Positions 52,630-64,000 of a stretch of DNA of 64,000 nucleotides are shown here, piece after piece. Numbering within the stretch: position 1 is the stretch's first letter; each line of letters starts with the position of its first letter. The stretch lies in assembly GCF_004010195.1 (NCBI RefSeq), contig NC_057718.1:41375803-41439802 (forward strand). The letters run 5' to 3'. Under the pieces are notes generated by a model. The model ran no database searches and had not been told where the DNA came from. It worked only from the letters and a program-made list of their open reading frames with translations. The position numbers were made by a program, and so were the translations under genes. Origin of the DNA: Chiloscyllium plagiosum (taxonomy: Eukaryota).

Positions 52630-53050
52630 ATGGGGAGTAACATAAGCTAAGGTCACAATCCCTGAAATTTAGGAAGTTAAGGCATGACTTGATTAAAGTG
52701 TTCACCATAAAGAGACACCAAAAGGTAGAGAATAATTATTTTCTTTGGTCGGGAAGTCTAAGATTAGTGCATGACTAATAATTAAAGCCATATCTTTCAG
52801 GAATTAAATAAGGAAACATTTTTACACAATATAGATGGTGGAAGATTGGAACTTTCATTGGCAAATAGAATTGATGCATGTCAATTGTTAATTTTAAACG
52901 AGAGATTGATCATTTTTGGTTAACTGATGGCATCAAGGGCAATAGGGTAAAGAAGAGTGTATGGGGTCATGTTACAGATGGGCATGATCTTACTGAATTG
53001 GAGAACAGGTTTTAAGGACTAAATGGCCATTTCTGTTCCTAAGTTCGTAT
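52630..53050 (+). mobile_element. Old CR1 3' fragment
   Basis: AGGAAGTTAAGGCATGACTTGATTAAAGTGTTC...AGGAAACATTTTTACACAA...GGACTAAATGGCCATTTCTGTTCCTAAGTTC. Confidence 0.7.
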
Positions 53051-53145
53051 AATGCTAGAGCAAGTTCTCTACAAATGGGAGCAGTAATTAAGTCTTTACT
53101 TTTTTAAAGCACTGACTTAGCTTAAAATACAATTTACCAAGCATG

Positions 53146-53389
53146 GCTTATAACTGAGAAGTACTTTTCTGTGTACAGCCTCCAGTCAGATCCAATAGCA
53201 GGAATTAGATAAATATGCGCTGTGAAGTCCAAGTTGATGACTGTTTGGTATTATGCATGTTACAATTTGTCTGTCATCGCTTCCCACAAATGTGGTTTAA
53301 TAATTTGTTACGTAATTATAAATCTAATATTTCTGGCAGACAGACAAAAGCAGGACAGATATGACAGGACCACTCCAGGCAAAATTGTT
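53146..53389. repeat. Unclassified ~235-bp dispersed element, copy 2
   Basis: Same orientation and block order as 47307-47537. Confidence 0.85.
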
Positions 53390-54059
53390 AAAAAAAAAGA
53401 AATGATGTCTCGACAAAATGATTAAAAAGTAATTTAAAATGTATATATATATGGAAGAAAAATAAAACAGCTGATCTTAATCAGTCTGCTCTATACAATT
53501 TTTATATTCTCTTATATCAAAGCTTGTCCCACTGCTGCCATTAGCATTCCCAAGGCACTGCTAACTTCCATTACATGCTCCTTTCAATAGAATTGATGCC
53601 ACAAAAGACCTCAATGTCTGAAGGTGCTGTACAATGCCACAAGTGCATATGTGCACATTGAGAAATACATCAGCTGTTATCTCACAGTATGTTTACTAAA
53701 CTCAAAAACACAGACCTCAAATAATATCACAAGCTTTACTCTTATAATCTTTATCAATATCTCTTGTTTATCAAATTCCAGATTTACAGCTACTCCAAGC
53801 TAATTAATTATGCTATTAATAATTTACTTCAAACATAATTGTATATTATTGATTAATCAGGGGTGTATTTTATACCAAGCATTCTCCATCCATGATTTTG
53901 TGCAGTATCCTTACATGTACACTGTTGCACTTCAGTCATGGACTGGAAAGCAAAACAGAAGTGAAATAAGAGGGGAAACAAATATCAGAAAATAAGGCTG
54001 ATTTTAACCACAGACCTGGAGATAATAATTTGGGTTAAAGTGGTTTCATATGATAAGTT

Positions 54060-54190
54060 TGACCAAGTTTAATTCCATTTTATACTGAGGACCTTCACAG
54101 GAACTAAACAACTTTTGTCATGTAGTCTGAGCTGAATTCAAACCAGACAGCAATGGAAAGGGCACTGTTGTGACTAAACTCAGTTCCATT
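54060..54190 (-). mobile_element. Ancient tRNA-derived SINE head
   Basis: Reverse complement TGTCTGGTTTGAATTCAGCTCAGACT...GTTCCTGTGAAGGTCCTCA matches the plus-strand copy at ~55643-55708. Confidence 0.5.
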
Positions 54191-54999
54191 TATAAAACAC
54201 AAACTTTCTTATTTTAGCAGGCAACTGATAGAATGATACAATTAACAATTTGTAAGCTCAGTAATTTTGGGAGGCTCTACAACCATAGTATTTTTCTAAA
54301 GTTGAAGATCTTCTCAGTCTTTCTTGCTGCTTATGCATTTTATCGACTTTGTCAAGGAATGTCTCGATGTCAGACTGTTACCACAACCTCCATTTTGCTC
54401 AAAGTGTAATGATATTGAAGCATGATTTACTGTCGGAGTAAACCTAGCAGCATCTGCATTTAGATTTTGGCATGACAAGTTATTAAAAGTGCAATCTGAT
54501 AATGTCACTGTAATGGTGAAAGAGCATCTAGGTCCGAGATCAAGCTAAGGAATGGTGCATCTCCTTATCATATTGTTATATTATTTGTAACAAGGTAAGA
54601 ACAAGTTGTTGTGTGAATATATATTCCAGGGTGTCACATTCACTGTTGCACTTCAGTCATGGACTGGAAATGTATCAGTTTAAGAGCTTTGTGGAAGCTG
54701 AGAGAATTACATTGAATTAAGCTCCTGTATTTTGAGCCTAAAGTGTAATTATTTCAAACTTATGGGATCCAGAACACTCCTTGACCAATCAGACTGAAGG
54801 ATTGTGAAATTAATAACACAGAAACTGAGGAAAGGTCTCAATCAGAGTAGGTGGATTCAATGCCAAATCAGATGCAGTAGGAAAAATGAAGAGGCAAGAA
54901 GAAAGATTGGAGTACAAGGGAGTAAGAAGAAATGGAAAGGAATTACAAATTTTAAAAAGGATGCAAAATCCCACTGACAATCATTCAAAAAGAGAAAAA

Positions 55000-55385
55000 A
55001 GACTCACATTTAGATGGTGCCTTTTATGGCCAAAGTGCTTTACTGCCAATGAAATACTTTTAAAGTGTAGTCACTGTTGTAGTGCAAAAGACAAGGAAGC
55101 TTGCTCACAGCAAATCCCCAAAGCAGCAAGATGATCATGACCAGATAATTTGTTTTTGTGATGTTCGTTAAGGGATAATTATTGGCCAAGATAACTGTCT
55201 TGCTCTTCTTAAAAATAGCTTTGCAAGACTGTTTTTGGTCAAGCCGAGAGCCCAGGCAGGGCAGTGGCCTCAGAAGGAGAGCACATCTGATGGCGCAGCA
55301 TTTCCTCAGTACTGAGTGTACTACTCTGTAGCTAAACTGTAATCTTTCTAAATGGCATCTAGTGTTGTTACTCATTGAGAACAAT
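55000..55385 (-). mobile_element. Deu-domain SINE (SacSINE1/AmnSINE1-like)
   Basis: GCCAATGAAATACTTTTAAAGTGTAGTCACTGTTGTA...GACCAGATAATTTGTTTTTGTGATGTT...AGGGATAATTATTGGCCA...CCTCAGTACTG, recognised as the Deu-domain reverse complement. Confidence 0.85.
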
Positions 55386-55609
55386 GGATAATTGTACTCA
55401 CTGCACCGAGACACTCATTGATGAAGTGTCATGGAAAATTCACGAATAGCAAAGAAAGTCACGTGTTTTCCAATTTTAGGAAAAAAAACATTGTGGTTGG
55501 AGACTCCCCCTGCAAAATAAAAAGGTAGTGAACTAGCAATTGTATAATTCTGTGACCATAAGCACACTAAAATAAAAAAGTATATATTTTTGTAATGGAA
55601 ACTGTGTGG

Positions 55610-56010
55610 GCCATCAGTTCAAAATACTGTCCATGTGCTTGTTGTCTGGTTTGCTTCCAGATCAGACTGATGTGATGAAAGGCCCTTGGTTCCTATAAAG
55701 GTCCTCAATTACAAAAAAAAAGTTTGAGCAAGACCAATTCCTAGTGAATGTAATTCCATAGTGCTAAAGTACCCATAATTCAGGATTAATCACCATTCAA
55801 GCTGGCAGTCTTACTCAGAGAAAACATAAAAATGACTGGCGGGGACCATGGAAAAATTCACACTGATGCAGTAGGGTTTGCTGTTCTGAGGTTGTAGTGA
55901 AAGGAACAGTTTGGACAAGAATACTGCAGAGGGACCTTTATTCTACATCTGGTCATGTTATATCTGACCTGGCAGGCCGTAATGCTGACAATGAGTGTCA
56001 AAAGAGGAAA
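55610..56010 (+). mobile_element. Ancient tRNA-derived SINE (LF-SINE-like), diverged
   Basis: TCTGGTTTGCTTCCAGATCAGACTGATG...CCAATTCCTAGTG...TGGCAGTCT...CAGAGGGACCTTTATTCTACATCT. Confidence 0.45.
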
Positions 56011-56221
56011 AGTATTCCATTCCCAGTACTGACATTCCTCATCTTGATGACCACAAAAGTCACACAGGTCAACTAAATCCAAAAATTGCAAGTATGCATA
56101 TACATATATTATATATGAAATGAGAGAAAAAGAATCTTTCCTTCAAAGCAAATAAACTACCATAATCCAATAAATTTGGGTAACTCATGCTGCCAGTGTA
56201 TTTACAGAAGCATGTGGAACA

Positions 56222-58190
56222 GAGGCACAGTAGCAAAGTAGTTATATTACTGCATTAGTAATACACATGCCTAGAGTAATGAAACAACTACACAAGATTA
56301 AACCCCACTAAGGCAGCTGGTAAATTTAAGTTATGTTAATTAAATCAGTCAGGAATAATACGTTTGCATCAATACAGGTGAACATGAAACTAGCAGATTG
56401 TTATAAAACCTATTTGGTTCAGTAATCCCAGTGATGAAAAGGAAATTCTGATATCATTACTTGGTCTGTCTTATATGTAGTAACAACATGGTTAACTTTA
56501 ATTGCCTTCCCAAATGGCCCAACACACCATCATTGTATCAAAACACTATGCTAAAGTTGAAGAATAAACCATATTTGACATTGCCCTAGGCTTTGGACAA
56601 TGACATGCCAGCCTTGTTCTCCTCGCCAACATCTGGGAGTTTGCACCAAAATTGTGAGAACAATCTCAAAGACTAGCCTGACATAATCATTTTCACAGGA
56701 TCATAATTTTCAAACAATATCTCAGATTCCTCCACAACCATCCCTGCATATTGTGTAACTAACAGAATAGACCCTTATCAGATTTGGTGAAAGTGAAATC
56801 TGCAGATGCTGGAGATCAGAGTCAAGATTAGAGTGGTGCTGGAAAAGCACAGCAGGTCAGGCAGCACCGAGGAGCAGGAAAATCAAGAGGCTTTTGCCCA
56901 AAACGTTAATTTTCCTACTCCTCGGATGCTGCCTGACCTGCTGTGCTTTTCCAGCACTACTCTAATCTTGACCCTTACCAGATTTGGTAGAGCAGTGGTA
57001 TGTAATGTGAAGAGAGTGACCCTGGGCTCTTTAACATTTACCCCGACCTCATAGGTTTTCATGACATCAAACATGGACATGGAAACTTTCTGGTGACTAT
57101 CTCATATTACCTTCCTATAACTGATAAATCAACATTTCCTCCTGATAAACATCATTGTGAAGAATCTTCAAGAGTCATAAAGGCACAGAATGTACTCTGA
57201 GTAAGGAACTTCAATGAGCATTGTGAAGAGTAGCTTAGTGACACATTATTGACAGAGCTGACCAAGTACAGCAGGATCGAGATGTCAAATTAGGCCTGAG
57301 ATAGGCAATGAGAAAAGCAATGCGAGTAAAAAACCTTGACTTCAACCAACCAACCTACCAGTTGCAGATGGCACTGTTTCAAGGAGCAAACATTATATCA
57401 CCCTAATGGAAAAAAAGTCCCATCTTCATTTTAAGGATACCCTCCATTACATTGCATCATACTGTTATACTGGTAAATGGAATTGCTTTTGAACAGATCT
57501 AGCAACTCAAATTTAAGCATTCATTAAGCTCATAAGTTATGAGTAGCAGAATTGTATTCATCCATATCCTGTAACTACTTGGCTTGGCATATCCCTCACT
57601 CTACCATTATCATTAAGCCAGGAGATCAAGCTTGGTTCAATGGCATGTAGGGAAGAGCGTGCCAGGAGCAGCAGTATGTGTATTAGAAGATGAGGTTTCA
57701 AACCTGGTGAGGGTATAGCACACGTCTATATGCATACTAAGCAGCTGACATAGTTTGCAAAGACAAAATCATCTCATAGATAATGGATCATGTTTAGGTC
57801 TGCAGTCCAGCTACATTCACACACAAAATCTAATGAACAATTGAATAACTAATAAAATGAAGCAATTACATTAACATCCCCATCCTCAGTTATAGTGCTG
57901 TCCAATATTCAAGCATGAAACTCAAGAAGGAAAATGTGGTAGACGAATGAGAACATTTCCATCTTCAAGTTACATGCCTTCCTGATTTGGATATACACTA
58001 CAGTTCCTGTACTGCTGCTGGGACAAAATCCTGAAATTTCCTACCAAACTGTACTTTAGGTGAATCTGTGCCACAGAGACTATAGCAGGTGAGATGGTAG
58101 AACACCACTACCACCTCCTCAAGGGCATTGAGCATTGTCAATAAGTGCTGACCTTGCTAATATCGGCCACCTCCATGATCAATGAGTAAC
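56222..58190 (+). mobile_element. Old internally deleted LINE: tRNA-like head, APE endonuclease remnant and 3' tail
   Basis: 56222-56530 matches the SINE head/body. 56620-57230 reads LANIW...PDIIIFTGS...KHGHGNFL...NVL*VRNFN (APE-like). 57545-57890 matches 58295-58640, and 57960-58190 matches the tail at 60500-60745. Confidence 0.7.
56789..56970. mobile_element. Penelope-derived fold-back insert (family A)
   Basis: Inverted arms GTCAAGATTAGAGTGGTGCTGGAAAAGCACAGCAGG; duplication ACCCTTA(T/C)CAGATTTGGT at 56771-56788 and 56971-56988. Confidence 0.88.
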
Positions 58191-59383
58191 TAAAGAAAAT
58201 AATACTCTGCCAGTGTAATGGATCTCCATTTTAAACTTTAAATTCCTGTGAAGGTTTAAGTCTCTAAAAGATAATCTTGATCTGGTGCTGCAGGCCATCA
58301 ACTGGTCCTCCAGCACAATCTGTAACCTCATGGGCGAGCATATCCTCTCCTCAACCAATTACCATCAAGCAAGGGGATCAACTCTGGTTTATTGGAGAGT
58401 GCAGGAGGACATGTCAGGAGCAGCACCAGTCATACCTAAAAATGAGGTGCCACCCTGGTGAAGCTACCTAATAGGACAACTTGCATACCACAAACAAAAT
58501 AAACAGCAACTGATACACAGAGCTAAGCAGATCTAAATTCTGCAATCCTGCCACATCCAGTCGTGGATAGTGATGGACAATTAAAGAATTCACTGAAGGA
58601 GGAGGATTCAATTATTCAATGATGGAACAACCTTGGACATCAGCTCAAAAGATAAGCCTGAAGCTTTCACAGCAATCTTCAGTCAGAAGTGCCAAGTGGC
58701 GGATTCATCTCGGCTTCCTCCAGATACCAGTCTTCAGCCAATTTGATTCACTCCATGTGATATCAAGAAACAGTTGGAGACCCTGGATACTTGCAAAGGC
58801 TACAGGCCCTTCAACATTCCAGCAATAGTACTGAAGACTCATGCTCTAGAACTTGCTGTTCCCTTAGCCAAGCTCTTCCAGTACAGTTACAACACTGGCA
58901 TCTTCCTGACGATGTGGAAAATTGCCCAGTTATATCCTGTACAGAAAAGCAGGAGAACTGCAACCCAGCCAATTAGTTTACTTGCGATCATCAGTAAAGT
59001 GATGGAAAGTGTCATCAACAGTGCTATCCAGCAGCCCCTGCTCAGCAATAACTTGCTCAGTGATGCCCAGTTTGAGCTCTGCCAGGATCACTCAGCTCCT
59101 GACCTCATTACATTGCTAGTTTAAACATGGACAAAACAGCTGAGTTCCAGAGGTGAGTTGAGAGTGACAGCCCTTGATATCAAGGCTGCATTTGACCAAC
59201 TGTGGAATCAAGGAGCCCTGGCAAAACTGGAATCAATGGCTATCTGAGGCAAGCTTTCTGGTAGTTGGGGTCATACCTTTACACATAGGAAGCTGGTCGT
59301 TGTTAGAGGTCATTCATCTTAGCTCCAGGACATTTTAGCAGGAGTTCCTCAGGGTAGTGTCCTAAGCCTGACCATCTTCAGCT

Positions 59384-59474
59384 GAAAATGTGTTGCTGGA
59401 AAAGCGCAGCAGGTCAGGCAGCATCCAAGGAACAGGAGAATCGACATTTCGGGCATAAGCCCTTCTTCAGGAAT
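59384..59474 (-). mobile_element. Penelope terminal fragment (family A) with near-intact hammerhead core, inserted in the LINE RT
   Basis: Minus strand CTGAAGAAGGGCTTATGCCCGAAATGTC; CTTCAGCTG on both sides. Confidence 0.8.
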
Positions 59475-60145
59475 CCTTCAGCTGCTTAGTCAATGAACTT
59501 TCATCCATCAAAAGGTCAGAAGTGGGGATGTTCGCTGATGATTGCACAGTCTCTGCCCCCATTTGAGACTCCTCAGATACTGAAGCACTCCATGCTCATA
59601 TGCAGCAAGTTCTGGACAACATCCAGGCTTGGGATGACAAGTGGTAAGTAATATTCATGCTACATAAATGCCAGGTTTATGACAATGACCAATAACAGTC
59701 AATCCAACCACCACTCCTTGACATTCAATGGTGTTACCATCACTGAATTCCCCCATTACCAACATCCCAGGGGTTATAATTGACAAAAAATCTCAGCTGG
59801 ACTCACCACACAAGCACAGTGGCTACAAGAACAGGTCAGAGGCTAGGAATGCTGCATTGTGTAACTCACCTCCTGACTCCCCAAAGCCTGTCCACCATCT
59901 ACAAGGCACAAGTCAGGAGTTTGATGGAATACTGTCCACTTGCCTGAATGGGTGCAGCTCCATCAACACTCAAGAAACTTGACATCATCCAGGTCAAAAC
60001 AACCTGCTTAAATGGCACTACGTCCACAGACATCCATTCCATCCACCACCAATACTCTATAGCAGTAGTGTGTACTATGTAAAAGTTGCACTGTGAAATT
60101 CGCCAAAGTTCATCAGACAGCACCTTCCAGATTCATGATCACTTA

Positions 60146-60454
60146 GGCCAGCACGGTGGCTCAGTGGTTAGCATGCTGCCTCACAGCACCAGGGACCTGG
60201 CTTCAATTCCAGTCTCTGGCGACTGTCTGTGTGGAGTTTGCACATTCTCCCCATGTCTGCATGGGTTTCTTCCGGGTGCTCTGGTTTCCTCCCAAAGTCC
60301 AAAAATGTAGACATTAGGTAGATTGACCATGCTAAATTGCCCATAGTGTTAGTTGCATTAGTCAGAGGGAAATGGGTCTGGGTGGGTTATTCTTTGGAAG
60401 GTTGGTGTGGATTTGTTGGGCCAAATGACCTGTTTCTACACTGTAGGAAATCTA
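60146..60454 (+). mobile_element. Full-length HE1-type SINE nested in the LINE
   Basis: GCACGGTGGCTCAGTGGTTAGC head; duplication ATCACTTA at 60138-60145 and 60455-60462. Confidence 0.93.
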
Positions 60455-63078
60455 ATCACTTACATCTAAAAGTACAAGGGCAGCAGATGTATGGGAACAC
60501 CACCACCTTCAAGTTCGCCTCCAAGCCACTTACTGTCCTGACTTGGAATTATTTCACTGATCTGTCACTATTACTGGGTCAAAATCCTGGAATTCTGTTC
60601 CTAACGGCATTGTTTATCAACCAAGAGCAGGTGGACTGTGGTGGTTCAAATAGGCAGCTCACTACCACCTTCTCAAGGGCAGCTAGGAACAGGCAATAAA
60701 TGCTGACCAGCCAGTGATGCCCACCTCCCACAAATGAATAAAACAAAATCTTAACTTTAATCATCTCAATCTCAACCATCATTTTCAAACATTTGCAGAG
60801 CAATTGACTGGAACCAACTGGTCAAAGTAATTTCTGACTAATTAAAGGCTTTTTATTTCATGTTGGAGTCATTTACATGATAAATTACATTATGCCAGAC
60901 AGAGATCAAGGAAAAATAATGCTAAAATTATAAAAACATAGAGCATAAAATATGTAAATAAGATAAGGTGAAAATGAACAATGGAGCAATAAGTGATTTG
61001 TTCCTTATTTGAAACAGCACTTTAAGTGTTAATCAGGGATGAAGGCCAGTGGACAATTAAACAATTATTAAGAGAAAGCAATTACATTAATGTCCCAATC
61101 CTCAGTAATAACAGTGCCCAATATGTGAGTCCAATAAGTCCCTTACTCAAAGGGAACATGTTTACGTGATCACAGCATTCATCACAAAGTGATCAGAAAA
61201 TAACATTTCCAGATTTAAAAGGTTTTAATGTAATAAATGAGCATTTTAGTAACATTGTCTTAAATATACCATCATAAATATGTTCAATTTTTAACATTAC
61301 TGAAATGAAAGGATTTCACACTCCAATATTGATTCTACGTTGCAATGTTATGATAGTATTTGAGTTTGCTACAAACACATAAAGTATGGTTTACAGATTT
61401 AAAAACTTTTCAATTCTGGGATCTATGGCATATATTCCAGATCTTGATCACATTCTAAGGGTTAAAATTCTAGCTAAAGAAGCTCAGAATCTGACTCATT
61501 TCAGCTTATTGTTAGCCTTGTTATTATTCAACAACAGTGCCAAGAGAGGTCTTTTTATTTGTTCTCAGCAGCTGATTCATCATGGCAAATCCAACCACAG
61601 ACTACCAGAAGGAGACAAGACATAGTTTATTTTTTCACCAGCAGTTACTCAGAAAGAAAATACCCATGGAAATGGAGATCCTCAAACTCTATTCATTTGC
61701 CTTTCCACTATTAATTGTGGAGGAAGCTGCTAAAAGCTACGTATCCAAATCCCTTGAACGAAAGCTTTGTGCAGAATCCCTGTGACTGTGGAACGCAAGC
61801 AAATTATTGAATTGTATTTCTATGTTGACACCTGTTCTTCCACTATTCAAAGTCAACTTGCAGAATAAGAGGCATTTTCGCTTTACTATCTGTTACTGAG
61901 CTATGTAACAAAGTTTGGGATCTGTCATTGGCAGATGTTCCAACGTGGGATAAGAATATTATCTCATTGTTTTATGTGCATGGAAAGTGTTCTCTTTTTT
62001 TAATCAGAGGAAGTTGAGTCATCTCCACAAACATGCTGTTACTGTTTTCGAACTACAATGCGTGGGGGCGGGAGGACAGTTGACACTTGGTTCTGTTCCC
62101 AATCTGCCTCAGTGCGTAGATTTATTTTTTTGGTTTGATTATAATCTGCTTTTGAAATTCATCGGACAGGTCAGCTCCATTCATCAGTTGCAGTAAAAAT
62201 CATGGTGTACTTTATTAGCGCTTGGATAAGGGCTATTTTTGTAACCTCTACCTGAAAGAGACACACCTTTTTACTGCTTCCCTCAAAAGCATTTTTTCTT
62301 CTCATAAACATCCTATGATATTTGCATGCTTTTCTACAAAACAAAATCTTATTTGAATGTAACATTTGTTATGGATCAACATACCAGAGCATGGAGCACA
62401 GAAGTGGTGTAAGATAGATGAAAAACAAAGTAAACAATTCATCTGATGGTTTTCATACAAAGAGGAAAACAAGTAAACTTTCCAGGTCAATATCACCCTA
62501 GGCTTTATTCCAGAAGTTTTTTGAAATGTTTTCAATTCATAGCCAGTTCTCTCGGTCCATTGCCTCCAGACACACATTTGTGAAAGCAAATATACTATTG
62601 TTGTAGGAAGGTATGTTAAAATAATGTAATGCATAATAATAGTATGGCTTATTATAAAACAAGTTAAGTTTATCATCCAGAGTGGCAGGTATATCTGAAT
62701 GCTGTCATGAACCAATAATCTAAGTCACTGTAACCAATTGGCATCTGGCCTTTTCCATTCTTTCTTTAAGTAATAAATCATACAGATCATATCTAATCAT
62801 TGGTAAAATTAAAGCATAATAAATGGATATTTATATTTATATCCATTTTATTTCTCTTATGAAAGCACAAAACAAACTTGCATTCAATCATTTTTATCAG
62901 CAGGCCACTAAGTTCCAACAACTTGATGGTGACCAGGACAATGAAGAGAGCCCCAGGGGAAAATACGCAGGCAAACACAAGAGGGATATTGGTGAGGGTG
63001 CACTGAAATTATTTCTGTGTATGGAGCAGAAGTGGTGTGCAGAATTGGAGAGCCAGTTAGAGGTTTGCCACTGTGTAG

Positions 63079-63985
63079 GAACAAAAAACTAGGAGCAGGC
63101 ACAGGCAATTCAACCCTTCAGATCTGCTCCATCATTCAATACAATCATGGCTGATCTCATCTCACCCTCAGCTCCATTTTCCTGTCCAAGCTCCATAAAT
63201 CTTCAGTGCTTACTAATTAAAACTCTGCCTATCACCTCCTTAAATTAAGTCGTGCCATCCAACATACTCTGAGTTAGTGAACAGATTCCTAACCTTTTGA
63301 GAAAAGTCATTTCTCATTTCTCATCATCTCTACTTTAATCCTTATTCTGAAAATGTGAGCTCTTATTCTAGATTGTTCCAAGAGGAATTATCCTCTCTGC
63401 ATCTACTTTATCCATCTGGTTAGCATCTTACAAACCTCAATTAAGTTTCCTATCATTCTTCTAAATTCCAGAGTGGATCAGCCAAAACTGCTCAATCTTT
63501 CTCCACAAGATAAGTCCCTCACCTTGGAATCAGTCGAGTGAACCTCCTGTGAACTGTCTCCAATACAATTACATCCATCCTCAAGGAAGGAGACAAAAAC
63601 ATTACACAACATATCATGGAAAGTTTCACTAATGCCTTGTACAGCTGCAGCAATACTTCCGTTCTTTTATATTTTGATCCTTTAGCAATAATAGCCAAAG
63701 TTCCACCTGCCTTTATGGCATTAGATTAAATCACCACCAGTCATCTCTAATGAGAGAGCAGCCCTGTTGCCTAGTAAGACTATGATGACTTTACCTTATC
63801 TTTACTTGCTGTACCTGCATATTAATTTACTGTTATACATAAGGACATCCAGATCCCTTTGCACCAAAACAGTCTGCAGTTTCTTTCCATTTAGATAATA
63901 TGTTATCTTTCTAATTTTACAACCAAATGAAGAACCTTACACCTGCCTTTATTAAATTCCATCTGCCAATGCAAATTTGGTTATA
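63079..63985 (-). mobile_element. Old CR1 3' portion
   Basis: AACTAGGAGCAGGCACAGGCAATTCAACCCTTC...CATTCAATACAATCATGGCTGATC terminus; ACATCCAGATCCCTTTG (reverse QRDLDV). Confidence 0.8.
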
Positions 63986-64000
63986 GTGTGTTCTGTACTT

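Larger units (their letters stand above)
58270..60745 (+). mobile_element. 5'-truncated CR1-group LINE, disrupted RT
   Basis: ELAVPLAKLFQYSY...PISLLAIISKVMESVIN...LSDAQF; ALDIKAAFD at ~59169; GVPQGSVL at 59341; MFADDC at 59528; 3' end CCCACAAATGAATAAAA. Confidence 0.9.

Overview
Eukaryotic, repeat-rich, almost entirely non-coding DNA from a cartilaginous fish. The evidence is several HE1-type (V-domain) SINEs, CR1 3' tails and a Deu-domain SINE; a carpet/bamboo-shark lineage is my guess from the repeat subfamilies. I can support no intact protein-coding gene. The ORFs I could recognise are decayed transposon frames (Gypsy gag/protease, Penelope GIY-YIG, CR1/L2 EN-RT, Harbinger Myb/SANT); the rest look like noise. 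Main observations: (1) at least four Penelope-derived repeat families each carry a minimal hammerhead-ribozyme core with a palindromic helix III, mostly as short fold-back inserts flanked by ~11-18 bp duplications; (2) a LINE seems to begin with the same tRNA-like head as a local SINE that also shares its tail; (3) a ~190 bp unique-sequence palindrome at ~50.3 kb; (4) a ~235 bp element duplicated at 47.3 and 53.1 kb; (5) a candidate minus-strand exon at 41.25-41.48 kb. All family names come from motif recognition by eye, not database searches, and boundaries of old repeats are approximate.
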